DNA of 64,000 bases from a virus. Lineage: Duplodnaviria; Caudoviricetes. Below the pieces are notes generated by a model. It searched no databases, was not told where the DNA came from, and saw only the letters and a program-made list of their open reading frames with translations. Shown piece after piece: positions 27,119-34,935 of this stretch (position 1 is the first letter of the stretch; each line of letters starts with the position of its first letter). The translations under genes and the position numbers were made by a program. The stretch lies in IMG/VR virus record IMGVR_UViG_3300014205_000173; one strand, given 5' to 3'.

Positions 27119-27367
27119 CTAATAACCTAATCCATACAAATTATACTCTAAAATTCCTTCTCTTTCTTTAATGATTGACTTCTCTTCCTGTAATGTTATT
27201 TTTTTCCAAAACTTTCTTGGATTTCCACACATAAAACAGCTACAAACTTTAGGTGTATTTGCAAGAACTCCAATTCTTTTTGAGTCATCATGTAACCAGT
27301 TAAAATTTTTTAAAACTGATTTCTTCCTTTTCTGATAAACGAATCTACGCAATGCTCTTTTTGACAT
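27119..27367 (-). CDS. small basic Cys-motif phage protein
   Basis: TPKVCSCFMCGNPRK..TLQE. Confidence 0.75.
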   Translation of the reverse strand: MSKRALRRFVYQKRKKSVLKNFNWLHDDSKRIGVLANTPKVCSCFMCGNPRKFWKKITLQEEKSIIKEREGILEYNLYGLGY

Positions 27368-27369
27368 AT

Positions 27370-27423
27370 AAAACTCCTATCATTGGAAGTGGGCGTCACC
27401 CACTTGTAAGTGATAAAAGTTTT
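27370..27423 (-). promoter_or_regulatory. SD-sequestering leader hairpin (fourU-like)
   Basis: AAAACTTTTATCA pairs with TGATAGGAGTTTT, capped by AAGTGGG/CCCACTT. Confidence 0.6.
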
Positions 27424-27442
27424 TAAGTCAAAATATTCCATT

Positions 27443-27823
27443 TCAAAAAATATCCTTAGACACTATATTCCCAGAAAAATTAAATAACTTTTCTTTAATT
27501 TTCTCTAATTGTTCGTCTGTTGAATCTGCAATTTCTGCTAATACTTGTCCGTGACAAGAAGCATTTTTTTGACAATAACATCCCAAAACCTTTCCCTTTA
27601 GCAGTCTTATTTGCTCTACAGTTGGTGGTTTCATTCCCTTTATTTCAATAATATTTAAAACCCAAAGTCTATAATTATCAACAGCTTGACTTCTGCTAGA
27701 ACATTTAACTATTGCCTTAGTTTCTAGTAAATTTTCATGCGTAAACGGATTCCCATAAATTGTTCCTCTTCCGATTCTAATATCATAATATTCTTCCCTA
27801 AGGTTTACAACAGTTGTTTTCAT
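27443..27823 (-). CDS. DUF4326 family protein
   Basis: YDIRIGRGTIYGNPF..LKGKVLGCYC..CHGQVL. Confidence 0.88.
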   Translation of the reverse strand: MKTTVVNLREEYYDIRIGRGTIYGNPFTHENLLETKAIVKCSSRSQAVDNYRLWVLNIIEIKGMKPPTVEQIRLLKGKVLGCYCQKNASCHGQVLAEIADSTDEQLEKIKEKLFNFSGNIVSKDIF

Positions 27824-28190
27824 CTAAACCTTCTTGTAAAATATATTTAAATTGTTCTATTCTTCTTTTGCACTCAATACATCTGTCACACAAATCATTA
27901 TTAGAAATATCTAGATCTACATTTAAGTCAAAATATTTTGGGTAAGTTTTCTTTAAATCAGGAATATTTAACAGAGGACTTTTGTGGGACATTCCTCTTT
28001 CAATCATTTCCTTAGCCAAAATATCATGTCTTTCTAAGATGGCATTTAACTGAATTTGCACTACTGGAATAAATCTTTTATCTACACGAAACCCCTTCCT
28101 AAAGCTTGGTAAAAATTTATGCAATTCTCCATGTTCACCAATAAGGTGTTTGTTGCAGAGTTTTTTTGGATCTATCATCCACATTCTCAT
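27798..28190 (-). CDS. pyrimidine-dimer DNA glycosylase / endonuclease V-like
   Basis: MRMWMIDPKKLCNKHLIGEHGELH..RHD.LAKEM..RG..HKSP. Confidence 0.8.
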   Translation of the reverse strand: MRMWMIDPKKLCNKHLIGEHGELHKFLPSFRKGFRVDKRFIPVVQIQLNAILERHDILAKEMIERGMSHKSPLLNIPDLKKTYPKYFDLNVDLDISNNDLCDRCIECKRRIEQFKYILQEGLDENNCCKP

Positions 28191-28209
28191 ATGAAATCCA
28201 TTCTATTTT

Positions 28210-28287
28210 TGGTTGGGGAGGCAGGATTCGAACCTTTGCGACATTCGGTTTCAAGGACCGACGTTCCACCAACTGAACTACTCCCCA
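28210..28287 (-). tRNA. tRNA-Gln(TTG), atypical C33 and 2-nt T-stem bulge
   Basis: TGGGGAG/CTCCCCA-A-CCA; TCGGT-CCTTGAA-ACCGA; GC(AA)AGG-TTCGAAT-CCTGC. Confidence 0.8.
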
Positions 28288-28325
28288 AAAATTTCTACAT
28301 TTCAATAAATAAGATACGATTTTAT

Positions 28326-28772
28326 CTAATTGCTTGTTTTGTTTCCTTTTTTTGCATTGCAAATAATACACATTGGTTGATAATTAGATATTTTATTTTT
28401 TCCGCCCTTTGATTTAGGAACTATATGATCTTTGGTAATCATAATTTCTTGACCATTTTCATTAACCCCATATAAATTAAAGTGATAAGTTAAAACATTC
28501 TTTGTGTTTTTTTCTAAATGAAATTTAGTTCCTACAATTCCACAACAAACACAAACAACACCCTTTGTTTTAAATAAAATATATCTTTCACTAGTCATTT
28601 TAACTTCATTCCCATCAAAATACATAATGCCTGTTTGGCAATTTAAAGAAGAAAAAACCTCTTCAATATCATATGTTCCAACTCTTTCATATTTCTGATA
28701 TCCATAAGAGCCATCGGGACGAATAAAATTAATTACATCAACCTCTACTAACTCTTTTGGATGTTTAGCCAT
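28326..28772 (-). CDS. HNH endonuclease
   Basis: CVCCG..TKDHIVPKSKGGKN..NYQPMCIICNAKKGN. Confidence 0.9.
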   Translation of the reverse strand: MAKHPKELVEVDVINFIRPDGSYGYQKYERVGTYDIEEVFSSLNCQTGIMYFDGNEVKMTSERYILFKTKGVVCVCCGIVGTKFHLEKNTKNVLTYHFNLYGVNENGQEIMITKDHIVPKSKGGKNKISNYQPMCIICNAKKGNKTSN

Positions 28773-29287
28773 TTTTCAAACCTGTTTTTTGTTTCAATTT
28801 TACCCAAATTTAAAATTTCTATATTGAACTTCTTTGCAATTCTAATTGCCCACCTTGTTCCTCCAACTTCTTGTGCGTTTGTTGTGTAACATATTACAGA
28901 TTTAACAGGCTTTTTTAAATCTTCTCCTAATATTTGATGCATATTCCTTCCTAAAAGAAGCCAATACCAATCATTACTTTCCTTTAAATAATCACCATAT
29001 TCATTAGCTAAATCTTTTACCAAACTAATTGCTTCTTTTGAAGGAGAACAAATATCTGAAGAGCATGATTTTCTTTTCCACTTTTTCCCAAAATCTTTCC
29101 AAGGAAGAAAAATTTTCTTTTTACCACAAACATCATCACAACCATTTTCAAAAGTAAAATCGCAACCAATTGCTCCGCCACTAAAAAGTGTCCAATCTTC
29201 TAAAGCTAACTTTCTAGATATTTTAAATATTAGTTCCTGAATTTCTTTAGGAACTTCTCTAGATCCAATTCCAGCATATGATTTCAT
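28748..29287 (-). CDS. SLOG/DprA-like nucleotide-binding protein
   Basis: YAGIGSRE..SGGAIGCD..RN..QILG..GGT..AIRIA. Confidence 0.82.
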   Translation of the reverse strand: MKSYAGIGSREVPKEIQELIFKISRKLALEDWTLFSGGAIGCDFTFENGCDDVCGKKKIFLPWKDFGKKWKRKSCSSDICSPSKEAISLVKDLANEYGDYLKESNDWYWLLLGRNMHQILGEDLKKPVKSVICYTTNAQEVGGTRWAIRIAKKFNIEILNLGKIETKNRFEKWLNIQKS

Positions 29288-29293
29288 ATTAAG

Positions 29294-30106
29294 CTACCAA
29301 TCAACTTCAAATAAAATAAACTCTCCATCACAAGCTTTACTGCATTCTAAATAGTAAATTTCTCTAATTTTTGCAAAAATTGGATCTTCGTCTTTTACAT
29401 ATATACTCATGTAATTTTTACCACCACGTTTTAATTCTACAAAATCTTCATTCAACAAATAATGCCAATGATCAATATATGGAATTACTGGAATTGTATG
29501 TCTCCAACGTCCACAAGAACCTATATAATGACTAAATATAAAGAAAATTCTTGCTACATCATTTTCTTCTAAAGGAGGAGTATTGTAGCCTATTTTATAT
29601 TCTTCTTTAGTAAATCCTAATTCCAATATGTTTTTCTTCACAATATCTGTTTCTAAATTCCCATATATTCCCCTGAAATTAAAACCATATGTTTTTTCAA
29701 GAACATGAGTTGCCTTATTAAAATCATAAAGATAGTTAGTTATTCCATTCCTTTTTACTTTTATTAAACAGTCCTTTAAATTTGCTCTTTTCTTACTTAA
29801 ATCAAATCCTAAAATTTTTTCATTAATTTTATCAACTTCGTCTAAACATTCTTTAATTATTTTTCGCCCAACAAAAGAAATGTTATATTTTTCATTTTCA
29901 AAAATATCATACATATAAAAACATTCATCTTTTTCGAATGTAGAAATAGTACTTAAAATAGATGCCCCAAGAATAGGATCTTTTTCTATTAAAGAAGCTG
30001 TTCTCTCACAAATTTCAAAATTATTTTTTTCTTTAAAATTTTTAATGAATTTTATTGAGTCTTTTTCAATATCATTCACTGTTCTTTTTATTATATTTTT
30101 TTTCAT
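29294..30106 (-). CDS. hypothetical protein
   Basis: ORF; YIDHWHYL motif. Confidence 0.65.
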   Translation of the reverse strand: MKKNIIKRTVNDIEKDSIKFIKNFKEKNNFEICERTASLIEKDPILGASILSTISTFEKDECFYMYDIFENEKYNISFVGRKIIKECLDEVDKINEKILGFDLSKKRANLKDCLIKVKRNGITNYLYDFNKATHVLEKTYGFNFRGIYGNLETDIVKKNILELGFTKEEYKIGYNTPPLEENDVARIFFIFSHYIGSCGRWRHTIPVIPYIDHWHYLLNEDFVELKRGGKNYMSIYVKDEDPIFAKIREIYYLECSKACDGEFILFEVDW

Positions 30107-30131
30107 AATGTCTCTTTATGATATTATTTGT

Positions 30132-30608
30132 TTAAAAAATTTCCTTAAGCCTAACTTCTTTTTCATTTAGTTCTTTTCTTAATTCCATTAATAGTTTTCC
30201 TAAATTATTTTCTCCAACACCCTTACAAACTCCCCAGAAGGTATCTCCCCAGTAATTACCTTCAATTAGTGTTGAATCTCCAGTTTCTATTAGCTTTTGA
30301 GACATTTTATTTCCAAAACAAAATTTCATTCTCAATGCTTTTTTCATAACTTCAATTTTAATAGAATCCCAATCAGACCTTAATGTACATGACTTTCCAA
30401 GATACTTTACTGTCTTTTTATTTTCTTCTGTTTTAGTTAGTGGTGCCAAACGGATCTCTTCTTGTTCTTTTTTGTTTAATGTTTTCATTGCTTGATAATA
30501 GTGTTCTGTTGAATCCCAATGAATTCCATTTTCATCAACAATTTCAAACAAATAAAAATTTGAGAGAAACCGATAAACTCCGTCAAATTTATCAATTACC
30601 TTTTCCAT
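30132..30608 (-). CDS. NADAR/YbiA family ADP-ribose/N-glycosidase (start MEKVID)
   Basis: FLSNFY, STEHYYQAMK, LRSDW, KF, LIEGNYWGDTFWG, GENNLGKLLMELR. Confidence 0.93.
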   Translation of the reverse strand: MEKVIDKFDGVYRFLSNFYLFEIVDENGIHWDSTEHYYQAMKTLNKKEQEEIRLAPLTKTEENKKTVKYLGKSCTLRSDWDSIKIEVMKKALRMKFCFGNKMSQKLIETGDSTLIEGNYWGDTFWGVCKGVGENNLGKLLMELRKELNEKEVRLKEIF

Positions 30609-30650
30609 TTTTTTCCTCTTAAAATAAAAGTGAGCTTGAAATACAAGCTC

Positions 30651-30689
30651 ACAATATACAAGGAACCACACAATGTCAATAAATTGGCC
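30651..30689 (-). promoter_or_regulatory. sigma70-like promoter with GGCC box, followed by leader hairpin GTGAGCTTG/CAAGCTCAC
   Basis: TAGGCC-N6-TTGACA-N17-TATTGT. Confidence 0.75.
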
Positions 30690-30692
30690 TAA

Positions 30693-31037
30693 TTATTTTA
30701 ACAGACTAAAAAGCCTTGTTATTAAAGTGCTAAAAACATTAAGGGCTAAATTCATTGTTATCTGCTTAAATGGATCTTCTAGTTTTGAAATTCCAGATAT
30801 AATCGTACTTAAAAGTGCTGAAATAGTATGATTTAAGCTAGTAGAAACTCTTGAAATATCATTTTGATTACCAGAAACCTTTGCAACAATAAGATCTTTT
30901 GAAAGCTTAACAATAAGTTTAAATGAGCTTTCTGCTAAATTCTTATATTCAGAAGGTAGTTGAGACCATAACATTTCAAAAGCTGGTTTTAAATCTTCAA
31001 ACAAACTATCAAGAACATCTTTTATATTTGGTTCCAT
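30693..31037 (-). CDS. amphipathic helical hypothetical protein
   Basis: ORF coupled to upstream lipoprotein. Confidence 0.65.
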   Translation of the reverse strand: MEPNIKDVLDSLFEDLKPAFEMLWSQLPSEYKNLAESSFKLIVKLSKDLIVAKVSGNQNDISRVSTSLNHTISALLSTIISGISKLEDPFKQITMNLALNVFSTLITRLFSLLK

Positions 31038-31039
31038 TA

Positions 31040-31468
31040 TTAATTCTCCTTAATTGTTTGATCAGACCAAGGTGCTACACCAAGTCTTTCTTCAAGATTT
31101 AGTTCCCAAGACTGAACATTTAAATCTCTCGATTCTACATCATTCCCTGTTAGATAGTCATCTGTTTTGTAATAAACAGAATAAGATCCTGTATTCCCAT
31201 CTTGACCAACTAAAACTTCGTATGTTGACCAAGAAGACCCATTTAAAGACCATTCATCAACAACCTTTGTCTTTAAGGTTTTTGTTTCAGAAGTAAGACT
31301 ATCATCATCTGATACATACCTTACGTATTCTGTTCCAATTGTATCTAAATGATACTGATCTGCTGTTGTTAAATTATATGGAAGAGTTCCTGTGTTAGAA
31401 CCAAACCACTTACAGGAAGTTATTCCAAGCAATGTAACTGCAATTAACGCAATTCCTATTTTTCTCAT
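31040..31468 (-). CDS. putative lipoprotein
   Basis: MRK + hydrophobic core + ITSC lipobox. Confidence 0.75.
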   Translation of the reverse strand: MRKIGIALIAVTLLGITSCKWFGSNTGTLPYNLTTADQYHLDTIGTEYVRYVSDDDSLTSETKTLKTKVVDEWSLNGSSWSTYEVLVGQDGNTGSYSVYYKTDDYLTGNDVESRDLNVQSWELNLEERLGVAPWSDQTIKEN

Positions 31469-31493
31469 TTCTTTCTCCTTAAATTAGTCTACA

Positions 31494-31522
31494 AGTATAA
31501 GTACGTTTTTGCTGTAGGCCAA
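31494..31522 (-). promoter_or_regulatory. promoter in which TTGGCC itself sits at -35
   Basis: TTGGCC-N17-TATACT. Confidence 0.55.
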
Positions 31523-31536
31523 AACATAAATCTCTA

Positions 31537-32076
31537 TTATTTATCTAATTCTCCTGCTTCCAATAGAATCTTTTTTGCCTTTTCTATTTCTTTTAATTTT
31601 ATTTTCTTTTCTAGTTCTTTTTTCCTAGCCTTTCTTGTTTCTTCACTTTTAAGAAATTGTTTTCTTTTTTTACAATAAGTATCCTTTCCTTTTTCAAATA
31701 AAACACTTTCAATATCTACCTTTTGAATAATAAATGATTTGCCACTTGCAAAACTACCACTATAATAATCGTCATCTCTTCCGGGAACAAACTCTGAAAT
31801 AAATTCTTCTTCATTTTTATTAACAACAAAAAATTTATTTTCTAATTTTATTTTTTTATTAGTAAAAAAACCTCTTTTATTCAACTCAATAATAAATCTT
31901 TCGTTTTCTAGCAATATATCTAAAGCTTCAGTAAAAATTTCTACAAACATAAAACAATTATTTTTCATTATGTTTTTTATATAATCTATAATCCCTCCAG
32001 CAAAAACATCTGCTGCTAGTTCCAAGTCTTCATCTTCACCGTATCTTTCTGCCTTGACAATAATAATTTTTTCCAT
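31537..32076 (-). CDS. hypothetical protein, paralog of 6743..7237
   Basis: shared N-terminal strand and C-terminal coiled coil motifs. Confidence 0.65.
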   Translation of the reverse strand: MEKIIIVKAERYGEDEDLELAADVFAGGIIDYIKNIMKNNCFMFVEIFTEALDILLENERFIIELNKRGFFTNKKIKLENKFFVVNKNEEEFISEFVPGRDDDYYSGSFASGKSFIIQKVDIESVLFEKGKDTYCKKRKQFLKSEETRKARKKELEKKIKLKEIEKAKKILLEAGELDK

Positions 32077-32080
32077 TTTA

Positions 32081-32368
32081 CTATCTACCTTTCAACACTC
32101 TAAAATTTTTAAAATTTAAAACAGCTTCTCTAACATAACCTACTCTTTCTTTTGTTTTAAAAAAGAATTTAAAGTAGTAATATACAAAAAACAAAACCCA
32201 TCCAACAAAAACAAATAAAAAATTATTTAAATAATTTCTGTAAGTATTGTTTTGCAAAAACACAATTCCAAATCTTTTATAGAATAGTTTTTGAAGTCTT
32301 ACTGTATAAACAACTCCAACCAAATACATAAGCATTAAAAAAACTATAAAAAACAAAAAGACATTCAT
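32081..32368 (-). CDS. two-TM membrane protein
   Basis: two hydrophobic helices. Confidence 0.65.
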   Translation of the reverse strand: MNVFLFFIVFLMLMYLVGVVYTVRLQKLFYKRFGIVFLQNNTYRNYLNNFLFVFVGWVLFFVYYYFKFFFKTKERVGYVREAVLNFKNFRVLKGR

Positions 32369-32373
32369 TTTAT

Positions 32374-32673
32374 TTACTCAAAAAGTTTATATATAATACC
32401 TGAGAAAAGTCCAGAAATACCAGTAACAACTAGCCAACAAAGCGTAAACATTAAGGGTTGTTTTATTATTGAATTATCTAAATATAAAAACACACAAAAA
32501 ATAGAAAACCAATGTCCCAAACAATACGAACATGAAACAAAATGTCCCCAAAAATCACCAAATTTATTTTCAATAAAATTTCTAAATTTTAGAAATGGAA
32601 GTCCACTTGCAATTGTAGTGGATAAAGTACCACAAGCTATTCCAAGAATAATGAAATCAAATATATTTAACAT
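32374..32673 (-). CDS. DUF1360-like membrane protein
   Basis: PF..FR..; SCSYCLGHW. Confidence 0.7.
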   Translation of the reverse strand: MLNIFDFIILGIACGTLSTTIASGLPFLKFRNFIENKFGDFWGHFVSCSYCLGHWFSIFCVFLYLDNSIIKQPLMFTLCWLVVTGISGLFSGIIYKLFE

Positions 32674-32824
32674 TCATATTGTTCTTTCTTTTCTTTTTTT
32701 TAATTTCTTTCTTATATTCTTTCAATATTGTTTTAATTTCAAAATTTTCCAATCTTCTTTTTTTTCTTGTTTCTCTAAGTTTCTTGTCTCTTAAGAGTTT
32801 TCTTTCTTCTTTATTTAATCCCAT
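32657..32824 (-). CDS. small highly basic protein (start MGLNKEE)
   Basis: GAGG SD; K/R-rich; longer ORF-track start overlaps tRNA-Trp. Confidence 0.5.
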   Translation of the reverse strand: MGLNKEERKLLRDKKLRETRKKRRLENFEIKTILKEYKKEIKKKKRKNNMNVKYI

Positions 32825-32839
32825 AACATCCTCATTTAT

Positions 32840-32925
32840 TGGCAGGAGCGGAAGGATTCGAACCCCCATAAGGCTGACGCCCACAGATTTGGAGTCTGCT
32901 GTCTTTCCAGTTAGACGACGCTCCT
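32840..32925 (-). tRNA. tRNA-Trp(CCA) with long variable arm
   Basis: AGGAGCG/CGCTCCT-G-CCA; GCAGA-CTCCAAA-TCTGT; V arm GGGC-GTCA-GCCT. Confidence 0.88.
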
Positions 32926-32940
32926 ACAATCAACGAAAAC

Positions 32941-32982
32941 TATCTACGTTTTACCCGTCACGTTATCAATAGTATTTTGGCC
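32941..32982 (-). promoter_or_regulatory. sigma70-like promoter with GGCC box, upstream of tRNA-Trp
   Basis: ATGGCC-N9-TTGATA-N17-TAGATA. Confidence 0.55.
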
Positions 32983-33411
32983 ATCAGAAAAATACGAGCC
33001 AACTATTTCTATTATTTTTAATAACCCTAAAGCAGCAGTTGGATTCCCCGTTAATGTTGCGGACAACCCAACACCAACCAAAACAAGAGACGCATTTGTT
33101 GCTGCTTTAATTTTTCTCTCATATTCAAGAGCTTCAGAAATTATTTTATCAATTTCCTCAGAAGTAACTTTGGGGAAATATTTAGTCCAATCAACAGAAT
33201 TCCCAGTAAAACCTCCTTCACTGTTAACAGAGCCATAACTATCTCCCGGTCTTCTAAGACTGCCTTTTCCAAGTCTTTCTTTATAGCCCTTTATTTGATT
33301 AAGAGTTTTTGCCCCACCTACTATAAGTTTGTCAAGTTGTTCGTTTGTAACTGTAACTTCAAATTCTCCAATAGAGTCTGAAACTACTTTAATTTTATTG
33401 TAATTAATCAT
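32944..33411 (-). CDS. hypothetical protein with C-terminal hydrophobic hairpin
   Basis: ASLVLVGVGLSATLTGNPTAALGLL. Confidence 0.65.
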   Translation of the reverse strand: MINYNKIKVVSDSIGEFEVTVTNEQLDKLIVGGAKTLNQIKGYKERLGKGSLRRPGDSYGSVNSEGGFTGNSVDWTKYFPKVTSEEIDKIISEALEYERKIKAATNASLVLVGVGLSATLTGNPTAALGLLKIIEIVGSYFSDGQNTIDNVTGKT

Positions 33412-33424
33412 TTGTCAACCTTCC

Positions 33425-33916
33425 TTAGCTAAATAGCTTTTTAAAAACATCAAAAAAACCGCTTAAAAAACCTGTCTCAGTTTCAGTTCTTTCTTTTTCT
33501 ATCTTATCAATAGCTTCCATAAGTTTTGGATCTTTTGCCCTACTTATTTGTTTATAAAACTCTGCATAAGACTTCAATATCTCAACCCTTCTTAACTCTC
33601 TATCTTTCTCCACAACTACCTTATGCTCTTCTAACTCATCTAATGAAAGGAATGGAATTTCTGAAACCTTATCAAATGGTTCTCCGGTTATTTCAACATA
33701 AGCTTTAACTACAAGGTCATAGTCACTTTGCAAATCAATAAACTGATTTTCAAGATCTAATCTCTCTACTTTTGTTCTATATAAAGCTTCGTCATAAGCT
33801 TCGACCAATCCCTTTCTATTTTGTGCATCAATATCTTTGAGTGTATCTAACTGTTGGTTTGCGCAACCAACAAAAAAAACACAAACCATCAATAACAATA
33901 TTATTCTTTTTTTCAT
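33425..33916 (-). CDS. putative coiled-coil lipoprotein
   Basis: MKKR + hydrophobic + FVGC lipobox. Confidence 0.75.
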   Translation of the reverse strand: MKKRIILLLMVCVFFVGCANQQLDTLKDIDAQNRKGLVEAYDEALYRTKVERLDLENQFIDLQSDYDLVVKAYVEITGEPFDKVSEIPFLSLDELEEHKVVVEKDRELRRVEILKSYAEFYKQISRAKDPKLMEAIDKIEKERTETETGFLSGFFDVFKKLFS

Positions 33917-33927
33917 TTATTTCTCCT

Positions 33928-34935
33928 TTAACAGTGTTTACATAAAAGATTTTGTCTTTTAAATCCTATAAATTCTTTTCTTAAGTTTTGTATTTCTTCA
34001 CCATTCCATATTTCTTGCAATGTATTCCTGTGTGTATTACCAACGTTTATTTTCCCTTCCACATCTTTACAGCATACCGTAACATCACCATTTGCTTGTA
34101 CGATTAAATTTCTCCATGGAAAATCACAAACCAACTGATGTTGTCCTAATTGTTCTTTTGTTTTTCTATCACCTATCTGTGCAGCCCAATCATCAACATC
34201 TTTAATATATACTAAGATTTTTTCACTAATTTCCCTTCTCGAATGTCCTTTTTCGTATTCTTCGTAATATATTTTTATAAACTCATCTATATCTTTTTTT
34301 GTAAACTTCTTGCCAATTTCTGTCCAAACTTTTTGTAAAAAAACTTCTAAAAAATTGTTTACCTTTTGTGGATTTTCATTCTTTTCTATAAGCCCAATAG
34401 TGCCAAACTTTTCTGGTATCCAATTATATATTGCTTGAATAATTAGCTCTGGTTTATTTTTTTTTCTAGTATGTTCCCTAAGTATCCAATGAAAATTTTG
34501 ACATAGTTTTTCATATGATCCTCCAATTCTTATTTTTTCATAATCTTCTTTTGAAAAAGCATCTAAAGATAAAACTATTTTATCTTTTTCATCCAACATA
34601 CTTATCCATGTGCATATTTGATCTTCAGTTAAGGCTAATAAGTTCGTGCTAAAATGTATTTCTATTCCAATGTTTTTACAATAACCAATCATTCCTAGTG
34701 CATTTTTATGAACAAAAGATTCTCCAAAAAAATAAAAATTAAGTCTTGTTTTACTACCAAAAATCTTTATTTGATCAGCAATGTCTTTAAAGTGTTTAAA
34801 GTCCATGTTGAAATTTTTTCTTTCCATATCTTTCAACGGACACATAACACATTTTAGATTACATATGTTAGTGTTTTCTAGAAATATTATTTCTGGAGGA
34901 TTGTTTGTTATTAACTGATCTGTTCTAAATGTCAT
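33928..34935 (-). CDS. radical SAM / SPASM(twitch) protein
   Basis: CNLKCVMC; CDFPW..NGDVTVCC..GN..LQEIWNG..CKHC. Confidence 0.92.
   Translation of the reverse strand: MTFRTDQLITNNPPEIIFLENTNICNLKCVMCPLKDMERKNFNMDFKHFKDIADQIKIFGSKTRLNFYFFGESFVHKNALGMIGYCKNIGIEIHFSTNLLALTEDQICTWISMLDEKDKIVLSLDAFSKEDYEKIRIGGSYEKLCQNFHWILREHTRKKNKPELIIQAIYNWIPEKFGTIGLIEKNENPQKVNNFLEVFLQKVWTEIGKKFTKKDIDEFIKIYYEEYEKGHSRREISEKILVYIKDVDDWAAQIGDRKTKEQLGQHQLVCDFPWRNLIVQANGDVTVCCKDVEGKINVGNTHRNTLQEIWNGEEIQNLRKEFIGFKRQNLLCKHC

Noticed and set aside
28119-28412. ORFs 28135..28371 (-) and 28119..28412 (+)
   Set aside because: They overlap tRNA-Gln and real neighbours; no protein-like motif
28326-28772. HNH gene as the homing endonuclease of the group I intron
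   Set aside because: 5 kb away with no sequence link; cannot be supported from the window
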